Shown: positions 38,971-49,462, counted from the stretch's first letter. The stretch: DNA of 64,000 nucleotides from Candidatus Borrarchaeum weybense (GCA_019057385.1 JAHQJS010000007.1:64001-128000), one strand, 5' to 3'. Numbers and translations: made by a program. The notes: a model not told the origin generated them from the letters alone.

Positions 38971-39795
38971 ATGAATATAACCTACCCAAGAAGAGAGATA
39001 CTATCTGGGATAGCTGCAGTAGTACTATCGTTTCTTCTGATTGTGGGATATGCGACTTCTGTGCAAGCTGCTGGTGCACAGACCCCTATAAATGCCTATG
39101 AAATTCCACCAAGTACAGCTGAGCCACAAATTGACGGAATTATTGGGGAAACTGAATGGTATGTTGGTGGAGAGTGGACAGAGGTTCAACTTTACAAAGG
39201 CGACACGACCACACCCGCATTTAAGATAAATGTTAAATTCTGTCATAATGATACAGATCTATTTATAGCCGCAACATACTTTAACTCCACTGCAGACAAC
39301 ACTAGATTATTTGTAGCATTTGAGGTTAACGATACTGGCCCCACCCCTCCTGATGGTATCATAGAACCGGACGATATTCTTGATATGGTAATATCCGTTA
39401 ATGGAACATTTTCTATTTGGGATACCGACTGGTGGTCACCTGGTGGTATTGCTGAAAATGACACGGATGCTCTAGGAACAAATGATGCAACGGATGTGGT
39501 GACAGAGTCAGCGGGAGATTGGAGCATTGAAATATCGAAAAAACTAAATTCTGGAGATACGAATGGAAGGGATATTGCCTTAAGTGAAACCGATACTATT
39601 TCTATATTTTTCAGAGTTGAATTCGACGTAGGTGCAACTATGAATTACTACGCTGGGCAAGATGCTGAATGGAACGTGCTTACTATTAGCGGTGCAATAT
39701 TTCCTGAGTTTCCAATTGAATCTTCCCTTGTCTTCATTGTAGCAACAATGTTAGCGGTATTTGTCTTTGTTGTAATTAAAAAGAGAAAAGAGTAA
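38971..39795 (+). CDS. PEF-CTERM surface protein with DOMON/CBM9-like domain
   Basis: Signal peptide; PQIDG.I...EW; W.IEI.K.L.SGD; C-terminal FPEFP-TM-KKRKE. Confidence 0.82.
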   Translation: MNITYPRREILSGIAAVVLSFLLIVGYATSVQAAGAQTPINAYEIPPSTAEPQIDGIIGETEWYVGGEWTEVQLYKGDTTTPAFKINVKFCHNDTDLFIAATYFNSTADNTRLFVAFEVNDTGPTPPDGIIEPDDILDMVISVNGTFSIWDTDWWSPGGIAENDTDALGTNDATDVVTESAGDWSIEISKKLNSGDTNGRDIALSETDTISIFFRVEFDVGATMNYYAGQDAEWNVLTISGAIFPEFPIESSLVFIVATMLAVFVFVVIKKRKE

Positions 39796-39903
39796 CACAA
39801 AGCACTACATACATCGGTGACCATGTGACTGAACGATCACTCAAGTCTAGATATTTGTTTATCATTTATCTTTAGGGCTCTATATTTGCCTACTTTTTTT
39901 TTC

Positions 39904-40443
39904 TTAATCTATTGTTGAGCCATAAGCAAAAAGGTCTCCAGCTAAATAGATATCCGTTTGAACCTGTGACATGGGTTTAATTGGTACATTATTTTTTTTA
40001 GTTTGGTTGTCTAGTTTTCCTTCTTTCAAGTCAAGAATTAATTCATCACTAGTGTCGATGCTTGCCACATCAAAATTATCTAGCTGTATTAATGGCATCC
40101 CTGAATTAATGGCATTCCTCTTGTAAATTGCCCCGAATGATTCACCGATGATCGCTTTTATGCCAAGTGATTTGAAACAATCAACAGCTTGTTGACGACT
40201 AGAACCAGCACCGAAATTCTGGCCAACAATTAGTATTTCCCACTTTTCTGTTTCAATGCATTTAGCGAAGTCTTTCCATCCTTCAAGATTGTCTAATGCA
40301 TATTGCCCCATCTCATTAATATCTGTGATCCACACGTATTTGTTATGGAAAATCATATCAGTGTCTATTGAGTTGATCATTTTGCCATTGATGTCTGTTA
40401 AAACGAATGCTTTACCTTTAATTATCAATGGTCGCTCTGTCAT
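39904..40443 (-). CDS. Aconitase-family (LeuD/HacB-like) small subunit
   Basis: IDTD.I, NFGAGSSR, ESF..IY.RNAINSG.P. Confidence 0.9.
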   Translation of the reverse strand: MTERPLIIKGKAFVLTDINGKMINSIDTDMIFHNKYVWITDINEMGQYALDNLEGWKDFAKCIETEKWEILIVGQNFGAGSSRQQAVDCFKSLGIKAIIGESFGAIYKRNAINSGMPLIQLDNFDVASIDTSDELILDLKEGKLDNQTKKNNVPIKPMSQVQTDIYLAGDLFAYGSTID

Positions 40444-40454
40444 GTTTTAACCTT

Positions 40455-41705
40455 CTAAAGTTCTGGAACAGAAATCTCACCAGTTATTGCCGTCGCTACG
40501 GCTGTAGCAGGACTTGCCAAATATGTCTGTCCCTTTCCTTGTTTTCCTTTGAAGTTCCTGTTTCCAGTAGTCACTTGGACTTCACCTTCCCCAGTCATAC
40601 CAATTTGTCCCGTTGAGCATGTGCTGCAAGCAGCGTGACTAACGATTACACCCGCATCATAAAAGATTTCTAATAGGTCATTTTTTAGCATTTTGCCATA
40701 AATCTCGCGTGTAGCTGGTACAATTTTAAACATTACTCCTTCTTTCACTTGCTTACCTCGTATCATTTTTGCCGCTAACTCAATATCACTATAACGGCCA
40801 TTAGTACAACTGCCAATTATAACAGAGTCAACTTTTTTACCTGCTACTTCAGCAACATCTTTAACATTTTCAGGTGAATAAGGACAAGCAATTTGTGGTT
40901 TTAAACCATCAAAATCAATTTCTATTGTTTTTTGGTACGAAGCATCTTCATCTGCATATATTGGTTCAAAATCAAACTTACTTCTTTTTTTACAGAAATC
41001 AATTACTTCCTTACTTGACGGAATTAAGCCAATAATTCCTCCCATTTCGGTAACCATACTAGCTAGGGTGATCCTCCCATCTAAAGTCAAATTATTTATT
41101 GGTTGTCCGTAAAGTTCGGCAGAGAGACCTAAAAGTCCTGCTGAACCGAAATGTTTCACTAAAGCAAGCGTCAAATCCTTGGGTGTTGCATTACTCGCAA
41201 TTTTACCCTTAACGTTTACTTTAACTGAATGGGGAACTTCGAACCATGTCTTTCCTGATTTGAATGTAAAAGCAATATCTTGGTCGCCCATTCCCTGTCC
41301 AAAGGCTCCAATGCTTCCTAGTATATTCAAATGGCTATCTGTCCCAACTAAGGTGCATCCAGGATAGGCAAATCCTTGTTCGATAGCAACGTGGCTGCCA
41401 ATGCCTGAATTTACGTCGTAAACCTTAATACCTTCTTTACGAGCAAATTTTCTAATAGTATGCTGGTTTTCTGCATAACCAACATTGTTAGCAGGAACAA
41501 CGCAATCAAACGTGAAAAAAGTCCTGCCAATATCTGCAATACGCTGTCCTTCTGGATAGTGTTTTTCTAAGTGATCAACTACATTAGCACCTGCGAAATC
41601 ACGTGCAGTTCGAATATCAATGTCCATCCATACTATATTGCCAGGTTTAATCTCTTCTTTGGAATGATTGTTAATTATTTTTTCAATCATTGTTTTGCCA
41701 GACAA
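40455..41705 (-). CDS. Aconitase-family (LeuC/HacA-like) large subunit
   Basis: GTDSH, IGSCTNGR, ACSTC, NRNFKG, YLASP. Confidence 0.92.
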   Translation of the reverse strand: MSGKTMIEKIINNHSKEEIKPGNIVWMDIDIRTARDFAGANVVDHLEKHYPEGQRIADIGRTFFTFDCVVPANNVGYAENQHTIRKFARKEGIKVYDVNSGIGSHVAIEQGFAYPGCTLVGTDSHLNILGSIGAFGQGMGDQDIAFTFKSGKTWFEVPHSVKVNVKGKIASNATPKDLTLALVKHFGSAGLLGLSAELYGQPINNLTLDGRITLASMVTEMGGIIGLIPSSKEVIDFCKKRSKFDFEPIYADEDASYQKTIEIDFDGLKPQIACPYSPENVKDVAEVAGKKVDSVIIGSCTNGRYSDIELAAKMIRGKQVKEGVMFKIVPATREIYGKMLKNDLLEIFYDAGVIVSHAACSTCSTGQIGMTGEGEVQVTTGNRNFKGKQGKGQTYLASPATAVATAITGEISVPEL

Positions 41706-41770
41706 GAATTACCACACCTTAGAAAATGGTTTTTTCCAAAAATCTGTAAGAAATTCCCCATTATCCCCCT

Positions 41771-42286
41771 CTAACGCAATTTTGCCAATTCGAAGCAGAT
41801 GAAATCACAGTGATGAACAATCCATGCTTCGGGAGTACGTTTCAGTTTGTTTCCTTCAGATGAATGTGCTAAACAAATATGTGCAATCTCGTATGGGAGT
41901 CCTTCACTGAGGCAGAGGTGCATCCCAATTGCAGGATGTCGAAAGAGGTCTCCTAATTGACTCTTGAGAAAATTCCCTTTATCTGAACGTGAATATTCAA
42001 CCAATTTGCCAACATCGTGCAGCAATGCGCCTGCGACAAGAAAATCTTTGTTTATTTTGGTGATCTGTTCGGCTAATTCTCCAATTTTTTGAGCCATTTG
42101 AGTAGTTAAGCGTGTGTGTGCAACTAAGTTTATAGGACAGTCTTCAATTAAAAGTGTGAAAGGAATCCCCTCGATGTTATCCCATTCTCCCAATTCCATT
42201 GCCCGAAGAAATACGTTTATTACCTTCTCTCTTAATGCTGTATCACTTATTTCGTTTAATTCTGGGAACAGACTTTCGATATACAT
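41771..42286 (-). CDS. HD-domain phosphohydrolase
   Basis: LVAHT, LLHDVGK, RH, HICLAHS, HHCD. Confidence 0.88.
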   Translation of the reverse strand: MYIESLFPELNEISDTALREKVINVFLRAMELGEWDNIEGIPFTLLIEDCPINLVAHTRLTTQMAQKIGELAEQITKINKDFLVAGALLHDVGKLVEYSRSDKGNFLKSQLGDLFRHPAIGMHLCLSEGLPYEIAHICLAHSSEGNKLKRTPEAWIVHHCDFICFELAKLR

Positions 42287-42572
42287 AGATGTGCCTCATT
42301 CTTCCCGTTAAATTCATGCACTTAAACGATATATTCTCTTCGAATCTAATAATCCTTTGCCTTGTAATTAATTTCCAAAAGTCTAAATATCGAATTACGT
42401 CGTTTTAGGTATGAATAACTTATTGCAACACACAACAACAAACGTAACATGAATAGTCGATTTTGAATATACCAATGTCATAACTCGACTCGGTGAGAAT
42501 GATTAATAAAGCAATTCAATTAATGCACAGCAAAGCATAATTCATTCATTCAAGTTTGACTGAGGTAAGAAC

Positions 42573-44012
42573 ATGAGCGAAAAGCTTCCAAAAAAGGATG
42601 AGAATTTCAGCGAATGGTTTTCAACCGTATTAAGTGCAGCAGAAATCACCGATTTCCGATATCCTGTCAAAGGAATGGGTATATGGTTACCTCACGGATT
42701 TGCAATCCGGAAAAATGTTTTAAAGATTGCAAGAGAATTGCATGACGAAACAGGACACCAAGAGGTACTTTTTCCCCTATTAATACCAGAATCCTTTTTC
42801 CAAAAAGAAGCGGAACATATTGCAGGATTTGAAAGCCAGGTCTATTGGGTTACTCAAGGAGGTTTGTCACCTCTAGAGGTTAAGCTTTTGTTGAGACCCA
42901 CTAGTGAAACAGCGATCTATCCAATGTTTAAATTGTGGATCAGAAGTCATGCCGATTTGCCTGTGAAAGTTTACCAGATTGTTTCAATTTTCAGATACGA
43001 AACAAAGGCCACTAAGCCATTAATTCGTGTAAGAGAGATTACCACCTTTAAGGAAGCTCACACAGCACATGCTACTCTTGAAGATTTAATGCAAGAACTG
43101 GATACCGCTGTATGGATTTACTCATCAATTTTTGATAGACTTTTACTACCTTACCTCATTTCTAAGAGACCAGATTGGGATAAATTCGCAGGAGCAGAAT
43201 ATTCTATGGCTTTTGACACCCTTACTCCAGATGGAAAAACTCTTCAGATAGGTACAGTTCACAATTTAGGTCAAAACTTCGCTCATGCATTTGACATTCA
43301 ATTTGAGAACGAAACAGGATCGCATGAATATGTATATCAGAGTTGTTTCGGGATTTCAGAACGAGTTATTGCTGCACTCATTAGCATACATGGTGACGAT
43401 CGCGGATTAGTCCTACCTCCAGAAGTTGCCCCTTTCCAAGCTGTGATTGTACCAATTTACTATAAAGAGAAAGAAAAAGAAGTGCGAGAAGTATCTGAAC
43501 AAATTCTCAGTAAACTCCGCAAAGCAGGACTCCGAGTTCAATTCGATGATCGAGATGACTTAACTCCAGGCGCAAAATATTATTACCATGAATTACGAGG
43601 TGTTCCCATTCGGGTGGAGATCGGTCCTAAAGACATCCACGCAAATAAAGTTACATTGGTCCGACGGGACACATTGAAAAAAGAACAGGTTTCTATGAAG
43701 TCGATGATCGAGCGCATACAACAATTGTTGGATGAGATTACCGAAAATATGAAAACTACGGCAGAACAGAAATTCAAAGAACGAGTATTCAGCGCAAAAA
43801 ATATCGAAGAAGTAAAAAAGATAGTAACTTCAAGGTCTGGAATAGTAGAAGTTTCTTGGTGTGGCGAAGAGGGATGTGCCCACGAATTAGAAGAGGAAAT
43901 CTCAGGCAGTATATTAGGTACACCCGTTACAGAAAAGGAAATCGCTGTTAGTGAGTGTATCGTTTGCCAAAAGCCCGGAAAAGTAGTTGTCAGAATCGCC
44001 AGAGCGCATTGA
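42573..44012 (+). CDS. proS: Proline--tRNA ligase (archaeal/eukaryotic type)
   Basis: [35 protein letters not shown]-terminal Zn site. Confidence 0.97.
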   Translation: MSEKLPKKDENFSEWFSTVLSAAEITDFRYPVKGMGIWLPHGFAIRKNVLKIARELHDETGHQEVLFPLLIPESFFQKEAEHIAGFESQVYWVTQGGLSPLEVKLLLRPTSETAIYPMFKLWIRSHADLPVKVYQIVSIFRYETKATKPLIRVREITTFKEAHTAHATLEDLMQELDTAVWIYSSIFDRLLLPYLISKRPDWDKFAGAEYSMAFDTLTPDGKTLQIGTVHNLGQNFAHAFDIQFENETGSHEYVYQSCFGISERVIAALISIHGDDRGLVLPPEVAPFQAVIVPIYYKEKEKEVREVSEQILSKLRKAGLRVQFDDRDDLTPGAKYYYHELRGVPIRVEIGPKDIHANKVTLVRRDTLKKEQVSMKSMIERIQQLLDEITENMKTTAEQKFKERVFSAKNIEEVKKIVTSRSGIVEVSWCGEEGCAHELEEEISGSILGTPVTEKEIAVSECIVCQKPGKVVVRIARAH

Positions 44013-44231
44013 TGGGTACGACATTTATCATCCTCGTACCGGTCATCCATTCCCGTCTTAGAAGGTGTCAGACCTCCCGGGTTCAGCTTCGTACAAAAGA
44101 ACATATTTTCTTTATTTTTTAGGTATCAATTTTCTACTACAATCAAAGAGTATTAGAAATCACTCAAGGTTTACCGCAAAAATTCTTCAGTTTTAATTAA
44201 AAAATTCTTAGGATATCTTTATATCTGCTAG

Positions 44232-45155
44232 GTGTGTTGTCACTGCCAGAGGTCATTAGAATTTAATAATGCTTCTTCTATAGATCATAAAACCTTAGCA
44301 GAATCGAAAAGTGGTATTGGAGGGTTTAAGATAACACAAGTTATGAGCAAGTTTAATATTGGAAGATTTTTGGTACTTGTGGTTCTTCTTACACTTACGG
44401 AGATTTTGGATCAAGTGTTAGTTGGGGGAGCATTGAATCTTATTTCATGCACTGTGCGTCTTACAACAGGGATCCTACTAAGTCTTTTCTTTACATGGTT
44501 GGTCGGCAAGATGATGCTTCAAAAATTGCATGTTTTTGCGTTGATTTGGCTGAACCTCTTTGTGATTCGATTTCTCAGCAACTATATTGAAGGATATTTC
44601 TTCACCAGTATTTTCACGTCTTTCACCGATTTTATCATTAGAATGTCCATTGCGTTGGGAATCTCCTTAATCGAAGGTGTATTCATAGCATTTCTTATAA
44701 CGATTGAAGCTGAAGAGAGTCTGAGTGTATCGCTTAAGGAATATCTGTCTTCAAGAAGTTATGGTTCATGGATCATGCGCATAGTTGTTGGATCTGTTGT
44801 GTATTTTCCTATCTACTTCTTCTTTGGGATGCTGATCTTTCCTTTTGTAGCAGTATATTATAGTGATCCCTCATTGGGTCTTAAGGTGCCAGGTTTTGAA
44901 GTAATCATCCCATTGGAATTCTTTAGGGGTTTTCTATATGTGATTGTTCTGCTTCCTATAATGGTGTCGCTGAAAGATAATGGAAAAGCACGGCTCATAG
45001 CACTATCTTTAATGCTATTCATACCAGGAGCCTTCATTCCTCTAATCCAACAGTCATCTCTACCTCCAGAAATAGTTCCGTTTCACCTGTTAGAAATTCT
45101 AGCAGATTCTTTAGTTTATGGCTTTGCTTTATCTCGAATTCTAAGTAAACCCTAG
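44232..45155 (+). CDS. Membrane protein (start probably 44343)
   Basis: About 8 TM helices; YFFFGM...YY...HLLEILADS. Confidence 0.7.
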   Translation: MCCHCQRSLEFNNASSIDHKTLAESKSGIGGFKITQVMSKFNIGRFLVLVVLLTLTEILDQVLVGGALNLISCTVRLTTGILLSLFFTWLVGKMMLQKLHVFALIWLNLFVIRFLSNYIEGYFFTSIFTSFTDFIIRMSIALGISLIEGVFIAFLITIEAEESLSVSLKEYLSSRSYGSWIMRIVVGSVVYFPIYFFFGMLIFPFVAVYYSDPSLGLKVPGFEVIIPLEFFRGFLYVIVLLPIMVSLKDNGKARLIALSLMLFIPGAFIPLIQQSSLPPEIVPFHLLEILADSLVYGFALSRILSKP

Positions 45156-45184
45156 GCACTAAATTGACATGTAACTTTTGTGGT

Positions 45185-45218
45185 GGGAAGCCCCATCTGC
45201 CAAGGTGAGGTAATTCAC
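45185..45218 (+). mobile_element. Isolated TnpB-type IS200/IS605 right-end remnant
   Basis: GGGAAGCCCCATCTGCCAAGGTGAGGTAATTCAC parallels GGAAGCC...GGTAGTTCAC of the other right ends. Confidence 0.55.
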
Positions 45219-45495
45219 TTCTAGAATTTCTGTCAGTGTGTGAACGACATTTTTCGTCCCGTAGCCGTCATCTTTCCCTTTCATATTGCCTTTTAAAAAA
45301 ATCTCTTGAACTACCACCAGAGTTTCTATTCAAAAACTTCTTTTGCAAGTTCTGTCATATCATATATTATAATCAAAAGCGAGCGGGTGAAATGATAGTC
45401 AAAAAAGCGATTTCATTCTTAAGTGAACTGGGTAAAACAGTACTCTCTAATGGAATAACATCTGTAAACGTACAATTAATAAAATAAACGAACTA

Positions 45496-45885
45496 ATGGT
45501 GTATAGTTCAGATGAAGTCAGGTTTAAAGATCATCTTAAAAGCGCTCTAAAAACTCACGATATTTTAAAGAAAGAAAGCATAATGAAGTTTAAAGATAAG
45601 TTACTTTTAAAGAACGGAATGGAAAAAGACTCCGATAGTATTTGTTGCCCAAACTGTGGATTAGCCCTTCCCCAATATTACATATTTTGTATCTGCTGTG
45701 GGACACAATTATTTGATGATATTTTTGACTCAACTTCTAATAAATCGATTAACACTTTCCAAAATTCAATTTTTAATCTTTTGGATGTTTCGACTTTACT
45801 GCATAATCTTAAATTGCTACTATTTCCATACAAAAGATTTGATAAATGCCTATTATCACTAACTGGATTGGACAACCGAGTCTAA
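45496..45885 (+). CDS. Zinc-ribbon hypothetical protein
   Basis: CPNCG...FCICCG. Confidence 0.5.
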   Translation: MVYSSDEVRFKDHLKSALKTHDILKKESIMKFKDKLLLKNGMEKDSDSICCPNCGLALPQYYIFCICCGTQLFDDIFDSTSNKSINTFQNSIFNLLDVSTLLHNLKLLLFPYKRFDKCLLSLTGLDNRV

Positions 45886-47931
45886 TTGAGTTTTCAACCA
45901 TTGCCATGTTTGCGGATCGATAATGTCCTCATTAAAAAGTTCCTCAAGCCCATCTTGAATTCTCTCCTTCACATCTTTCTTAGTTAATAGATTATTCTCT
46001 GTACAAACGAGTTCAACGCTATTACGAAATTGTTCACTTCTTGTAATTTTACCTTCAACTTTTGTTTTGAAAAGAAATTGCAACGCAGTTGGTGTGAAAA
46101 TCGATAAATTCGTAACTATTTTTTCACCGTTATATTCCTCTGATGGGCTAAGGATAAGTGGAGGTATTACCGCATATCTGGGTTTAAATCCTTTAACATA
46201 TTTTACAAAATAAAATGGTAGACCAATTTGCGTAGTTTCCTGAGTTGGAAGATCTTTTACAACAAATTTTTCGGGCTGTTTTTCTTCACTTGTTGTTTTA
46301 TTCGAATATTCTGCTATGATATTGGATAATTCTTTTTGTTTATCTTCGACTGTACGTATGAAAGTATTAAGTTGGACAAATTTCTCTTTATTTGATTCTA
46401 AAAGACTGATTGTCTGCGATTTTCCATTTTGTACTATTCCGAAAAGCTCTTCTTGCTCTTTTATTCGTAAATCGCACTCCTTTTTGTAAATGTCAATTTG
46501 TTTTTGTAGATCTTCAACTGCTGTCAATCCTTCATCTCTTAATGATTTTTCAAGTGTTTCTGACTGTTCATCATAATTAACTTGAAGACTGATAATTTTT
46601 TGATCCATTTCTTTTTTTAATTTGGTTAATTGATCTTGATACGCTTTTCTAATCTGTAGACCGAGTGAAATTGTTTTTTGTTGGAATTCAAGAATTTTTT
46701 CTTCAATTGACTCAGAAATGTTACTCCATGCCTTCCTAAAGTCAATAATGTTTTCACTAAATGCATCAAATTCTTTAGGGAACATTGATGCTACTTGAAA
46801 GATTATATCTGGCTGTAATTTGTAGCTTTTAACTGTTTTATACGAGGCTGTACGTTCTATAAATGGAATAGCTTCTTTTAGAAGTGATGGTTGATGGAGT
46901 GCGTGTACTGTAAACTTTCGAACCGAAAGATTTGCGAGAAGGTTTTTAATTCTGTCAAGACTTATAGTAGCATTCTTTAACTCAGTAACATTCAATATAC
47001 TCTTGATTTCATCTGACGCAGGAATTTGTGTTATTAAAAACTCATTGGATACAATTTTGAATCCATCAAGAAGGAATGAGCCCCCTTTGTAAGGTATGAT
47101 ATACATAGGCCATTGAACTTTTGAAATCGATTCTAGTGATTCATCGGACGATCGCAGCTGTTCAGATAGTGTAAAAACAGTTGCCAATTCAATATCTTGA
47201 GTAAGAACTTCATTTGTATCTGTATTAAGCATATATGGTATCGTATTCTCTTCAATGTATGAAAAAGGTTCAGCCACAACTAATGGAAGTGGTCTAGTCA
47301 CTACAGGAGATGTTATTGGAGAAACAGTTGGAGAAACAGTTGGAGAAACAGTTGCTGTAGCACTTATTTCGACTTCAGCGGGAGTAGGTGCCGTCACTAC
47401 CGGTTTTTTCTTTGTCTCTGCTATTTCAATCATTTTAGTTGCAATATTTCTAAAAATGGTCTCGATATTTCGCCCATCTTTTGCAGAACACTCAAAATAG
47501 TCTGCATTCATTTGTTTAGCGTATGACTCACCTTCGTCTGAATAAACTCGTCTAAATTGATCTGCAAGATCTAATTTATTACCAACTATAATCCATGGCA
47601 CTTTTCCGCAATATTTCACAACTTCATCAAACCATTTTGGAAGTCCAAGGAAACTGTCTCGGCTGGTTATATCATACATAATGATCGCGCCGCTAGCACC
47701 ACGATAATATAAAGGTCGGACATTTGCGAATCTTTCTTGGCCTCCTGTATCCCATATCTGAAGCTTGATTTTTTTACCTTCAAGGGTTATAATCTTCACT
47801 CTGAAGTCGACACCAATGGTCATCTTATAAGAATCAGCGAACGTGCCTGTCGCATATCGTATAGTGGCTGCGGTTTTTCCTACAGCCCCATCTCCTACGA
47901 CGATGCACTTGAAGAGGAAATCGAAACTCAT
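45859..47931 (-). CDS. Rab-like small GTPase fused to a large coiled-coil-containing domain
   Basis: G1 GDGAVGKT, G3 WDTGGQ, G4 NKLD, G5 CSAK; RabF IGVDF, KLQIW, RFANV, YYRGA, MYDIT. Confidence 0.92.
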   Translation of the reverse strand: MSFDFLFKCIVVGDGAVGKTAATIRYATGTFADSYKMTIGVDFRVKIITLEGKKIKLQIWDTGGQERFANVRPLYYRGASGAIIMYDITSRDSFLGLPKWFDEVVKYCGKVPWIIVGNKLDLADQFRRVYSDEGESYAKQMNADYFECSAKDGRNIETIFRNIATKMIEIAETKKKPVVTAPTPAEVEISATATVSPTVSPTVSPITSPVVTRPLPLVVAEPFSYIEENTIPYMLNTDTNEVLTQDIELATVFTLSEQLRSSDESLESISKVQWPMYIIPYKGGSFLLDGFKIVSNEFLITQIPASDEIKSILNVTELKNATISLDRIKNLLANLSVRKFTVHALHQPSLLKEAIPFIERTASYKTVKSYKLQPDIIFQVASMFPKEFDAFSENIIDFRKAWSNISESIEEKILEFQQKTISLGLQIRKAYQDQLTKLKKEMDQKIISLQVNYDEQSETLEKSLRDEGLTAVEDLQKQIDIYKKECDLRIKEQEELFGIVQNGKSQTISLLESNKEKFVQLNTFIRTVEDKQKELSNIIAEYSNKTTSEEKQPEKFVVKDLPTQETTQIGLPFYFVKYVKGFKPRYAVIPPLILSPSEEYNGEKIVTNLSIFTPTALQFLFKTKVEGKITRSEQFRNSVELVCTENNLLTKKDVKERIQDGLEELFNEDIIDPQTWQWLKTQLDSVVQSS
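47316..47354. repeat. In-frame 12-bp tandem repeat x3 (TVSP)3
   Basis: TTGGAGAAACAG x3 in the GTPase linker. Confidence 0.9.
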
Positions 47932-48047
47932 TTAATTACACAACTTTTCAAATCAATATTTTTTAATAGTATCAAGCTTGTGCTTTAAAAATTTTCTAAA
48001 ACTTTGAAAAAGATAACAACGCCTAAAACAAAGGACATTATAATCAT

Positions 48048-48965
48048 TCAAAGTGTGGAAATGTGAGTTACTAGTTGAGATGCCAGTTCTTCAATTTCAT
48101 TTCTAGTTTTTAATGCACTTACACCAGGACCCTGTATTTTTGAAGAGACTGCAGCTGTTGCAAACGCTCCACTTCTAATTGCATCTTTAGTTTTTGAGAA
48201 TTCAAGAGCAAAAGCAGAAATATATACATCTCCTGCACCTGTGACATCCACTGCATTACTGCATTTGATTGAGGGAATGTGGAAGAATTCTCCTTTGTAT
48301 TGGATATATGAGCCTTTACTTCCTTCAGTTATAATAACAATTTTGACTCCTAAATCTTCTATTTCTTTAGCTGCTAGTTTTAGATCATTACAATTTGTTA
48401 AAACTTCAATTTCTGAAACAGAGGCTTTTAAAACATTAATATATTGAAGATAATCCGCCATGTCTTTCCATTTTGTTAAAAATATTCTACCGCTGCCGTT
48501 TTTAGCAATGGAGCGAATATATCCGCTTGGATCTAAGTATATTGAACCCCTTCCTTTCTTGGCTACATGTTTTAAGGTATCTAATGGTATCTCATCAACT
48601 ATTGGCGAAATAATAAATGCTTGAGAGTCAAGAAACTGTTCTGAAATATCTTGAATCTCAATACGTTCAGATTTAGCAATCAGAAATTCGGTTCTTACCT
48701 CTCCTTTATATTCAAGTTTAAATCGTGTTGTAAGACCTTTACAACGTTTAATACCTGAGATATCGATGTTGTTTCCAGAGAAAAAAAGAAAAAATTCTTC
48801 TTTAAAATCCTCACCTACTTTGGATATTATGCCTGGTCTTCCTCCAAGTCGTTTAGCAGCGATGCTACAGTAAAGTGGTGGTCCCCCAAGCCTAAGAGGT
48901 TTGTTTTCACCATTTTTTGTTATAATATCTAACGCAAAGTGAGCAATCACAACAAGGTCATACAT
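48048..48965 (-). CDS. PfkB-family carbohydrate kinase
   Basis: LGGP, KVGEDF, DVTGAGD. Confidence 0.92.
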   Translation of the reverse strand: MYDLVVIAHFALDIITKNGENKPLRLGGPPLYCSIAAKRLGGRPGIISKVGEDFKEEFFLFFSGNNIDISGIKRCKGLTTRFKLEYKGEVRTEFLIAKSERIEIQDISEQFLDSQAFIISPIVDEIPLDTLKHVAKKGRGSIYLDPSGYIRSIAKNGSGRIFLTKWKDMADYLQYINVLKASVSEIEVLTNCNDLKLAAKEIEDLGVKIVIITEGSKGSYIQYKGEFFHIPSIKCSNAVDVTGAGDVYISAFALEFSKTKDAIRSGAFATAAVSSKIQGPGVSALKTRNEIEELASQLVTHISTL

Positions 48966-49100
48966 TTACGGATCCTCAGTTTTATTAGAGATTGTTATCT
49001 TTGAGATTTATCTTGAAATGAATCAAATGCCCAAGTGGTCAGAATTTTATAGCTTAGAAATTAGTATTTGCACTAATCATTTTCTTGATTAAGTATTGAA

Positions 49101-49421
49101 TTGGTGTTAAATATGGAGATCAAAAAATGGAATTATAAAGGTTTTGAGATTGAGGAAAGTCCAAAACCAAGTGAAAAAAAGTTTCAATATTTCTTGAGAG
49201 TTATGAAAGAAGGTAAAAAGACATGCACATATTGTATTTGGATAGAAGATGCGACACCTGACAAGTTTGAAGAAATTATTAATTCAGAAAGAGAATCATG
49301 GATTACGTGGGTTAAGGAAAAAATCGATCAAGGCATTTTAAATAATCTAGCATTGAAAGTAAGTGCCTTCGGTAAAGAGGAAATTAAACTCTCAGAAATC
49401 AGCGAAAAAGTAGACTTCTAA
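49101..49421 (+). CDS. Hypothetical protein
   Basis: Protein-like ORF directly upstream of a nitroreductase. Confidence 0.6.
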   Translation: MVLNMEIKKWNYKGFEIEESPKPSEKKFQYFLRVMKEGKKTCTYCIWIEDATPDKFEEIINSERESWITWVKEKIDQGILNNLALKVSAFGKEEIKLSEISEKVDF

Positions 49422-49462
49422 TATTTCATTCGAGTAAACCTTGTTGACATGGTGGGATTTAG

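Noticed and set aside
43583-44104. 173-aa minus-strand ORF
   Set aside because: Antisense shadow of proS; the other short ORFs nested in long genes were dismissed for the same reason
45236-45487. 83-aa ORF after the IS remnant
   Set aside because: No recognisable motif, GTG start, likely non-coding
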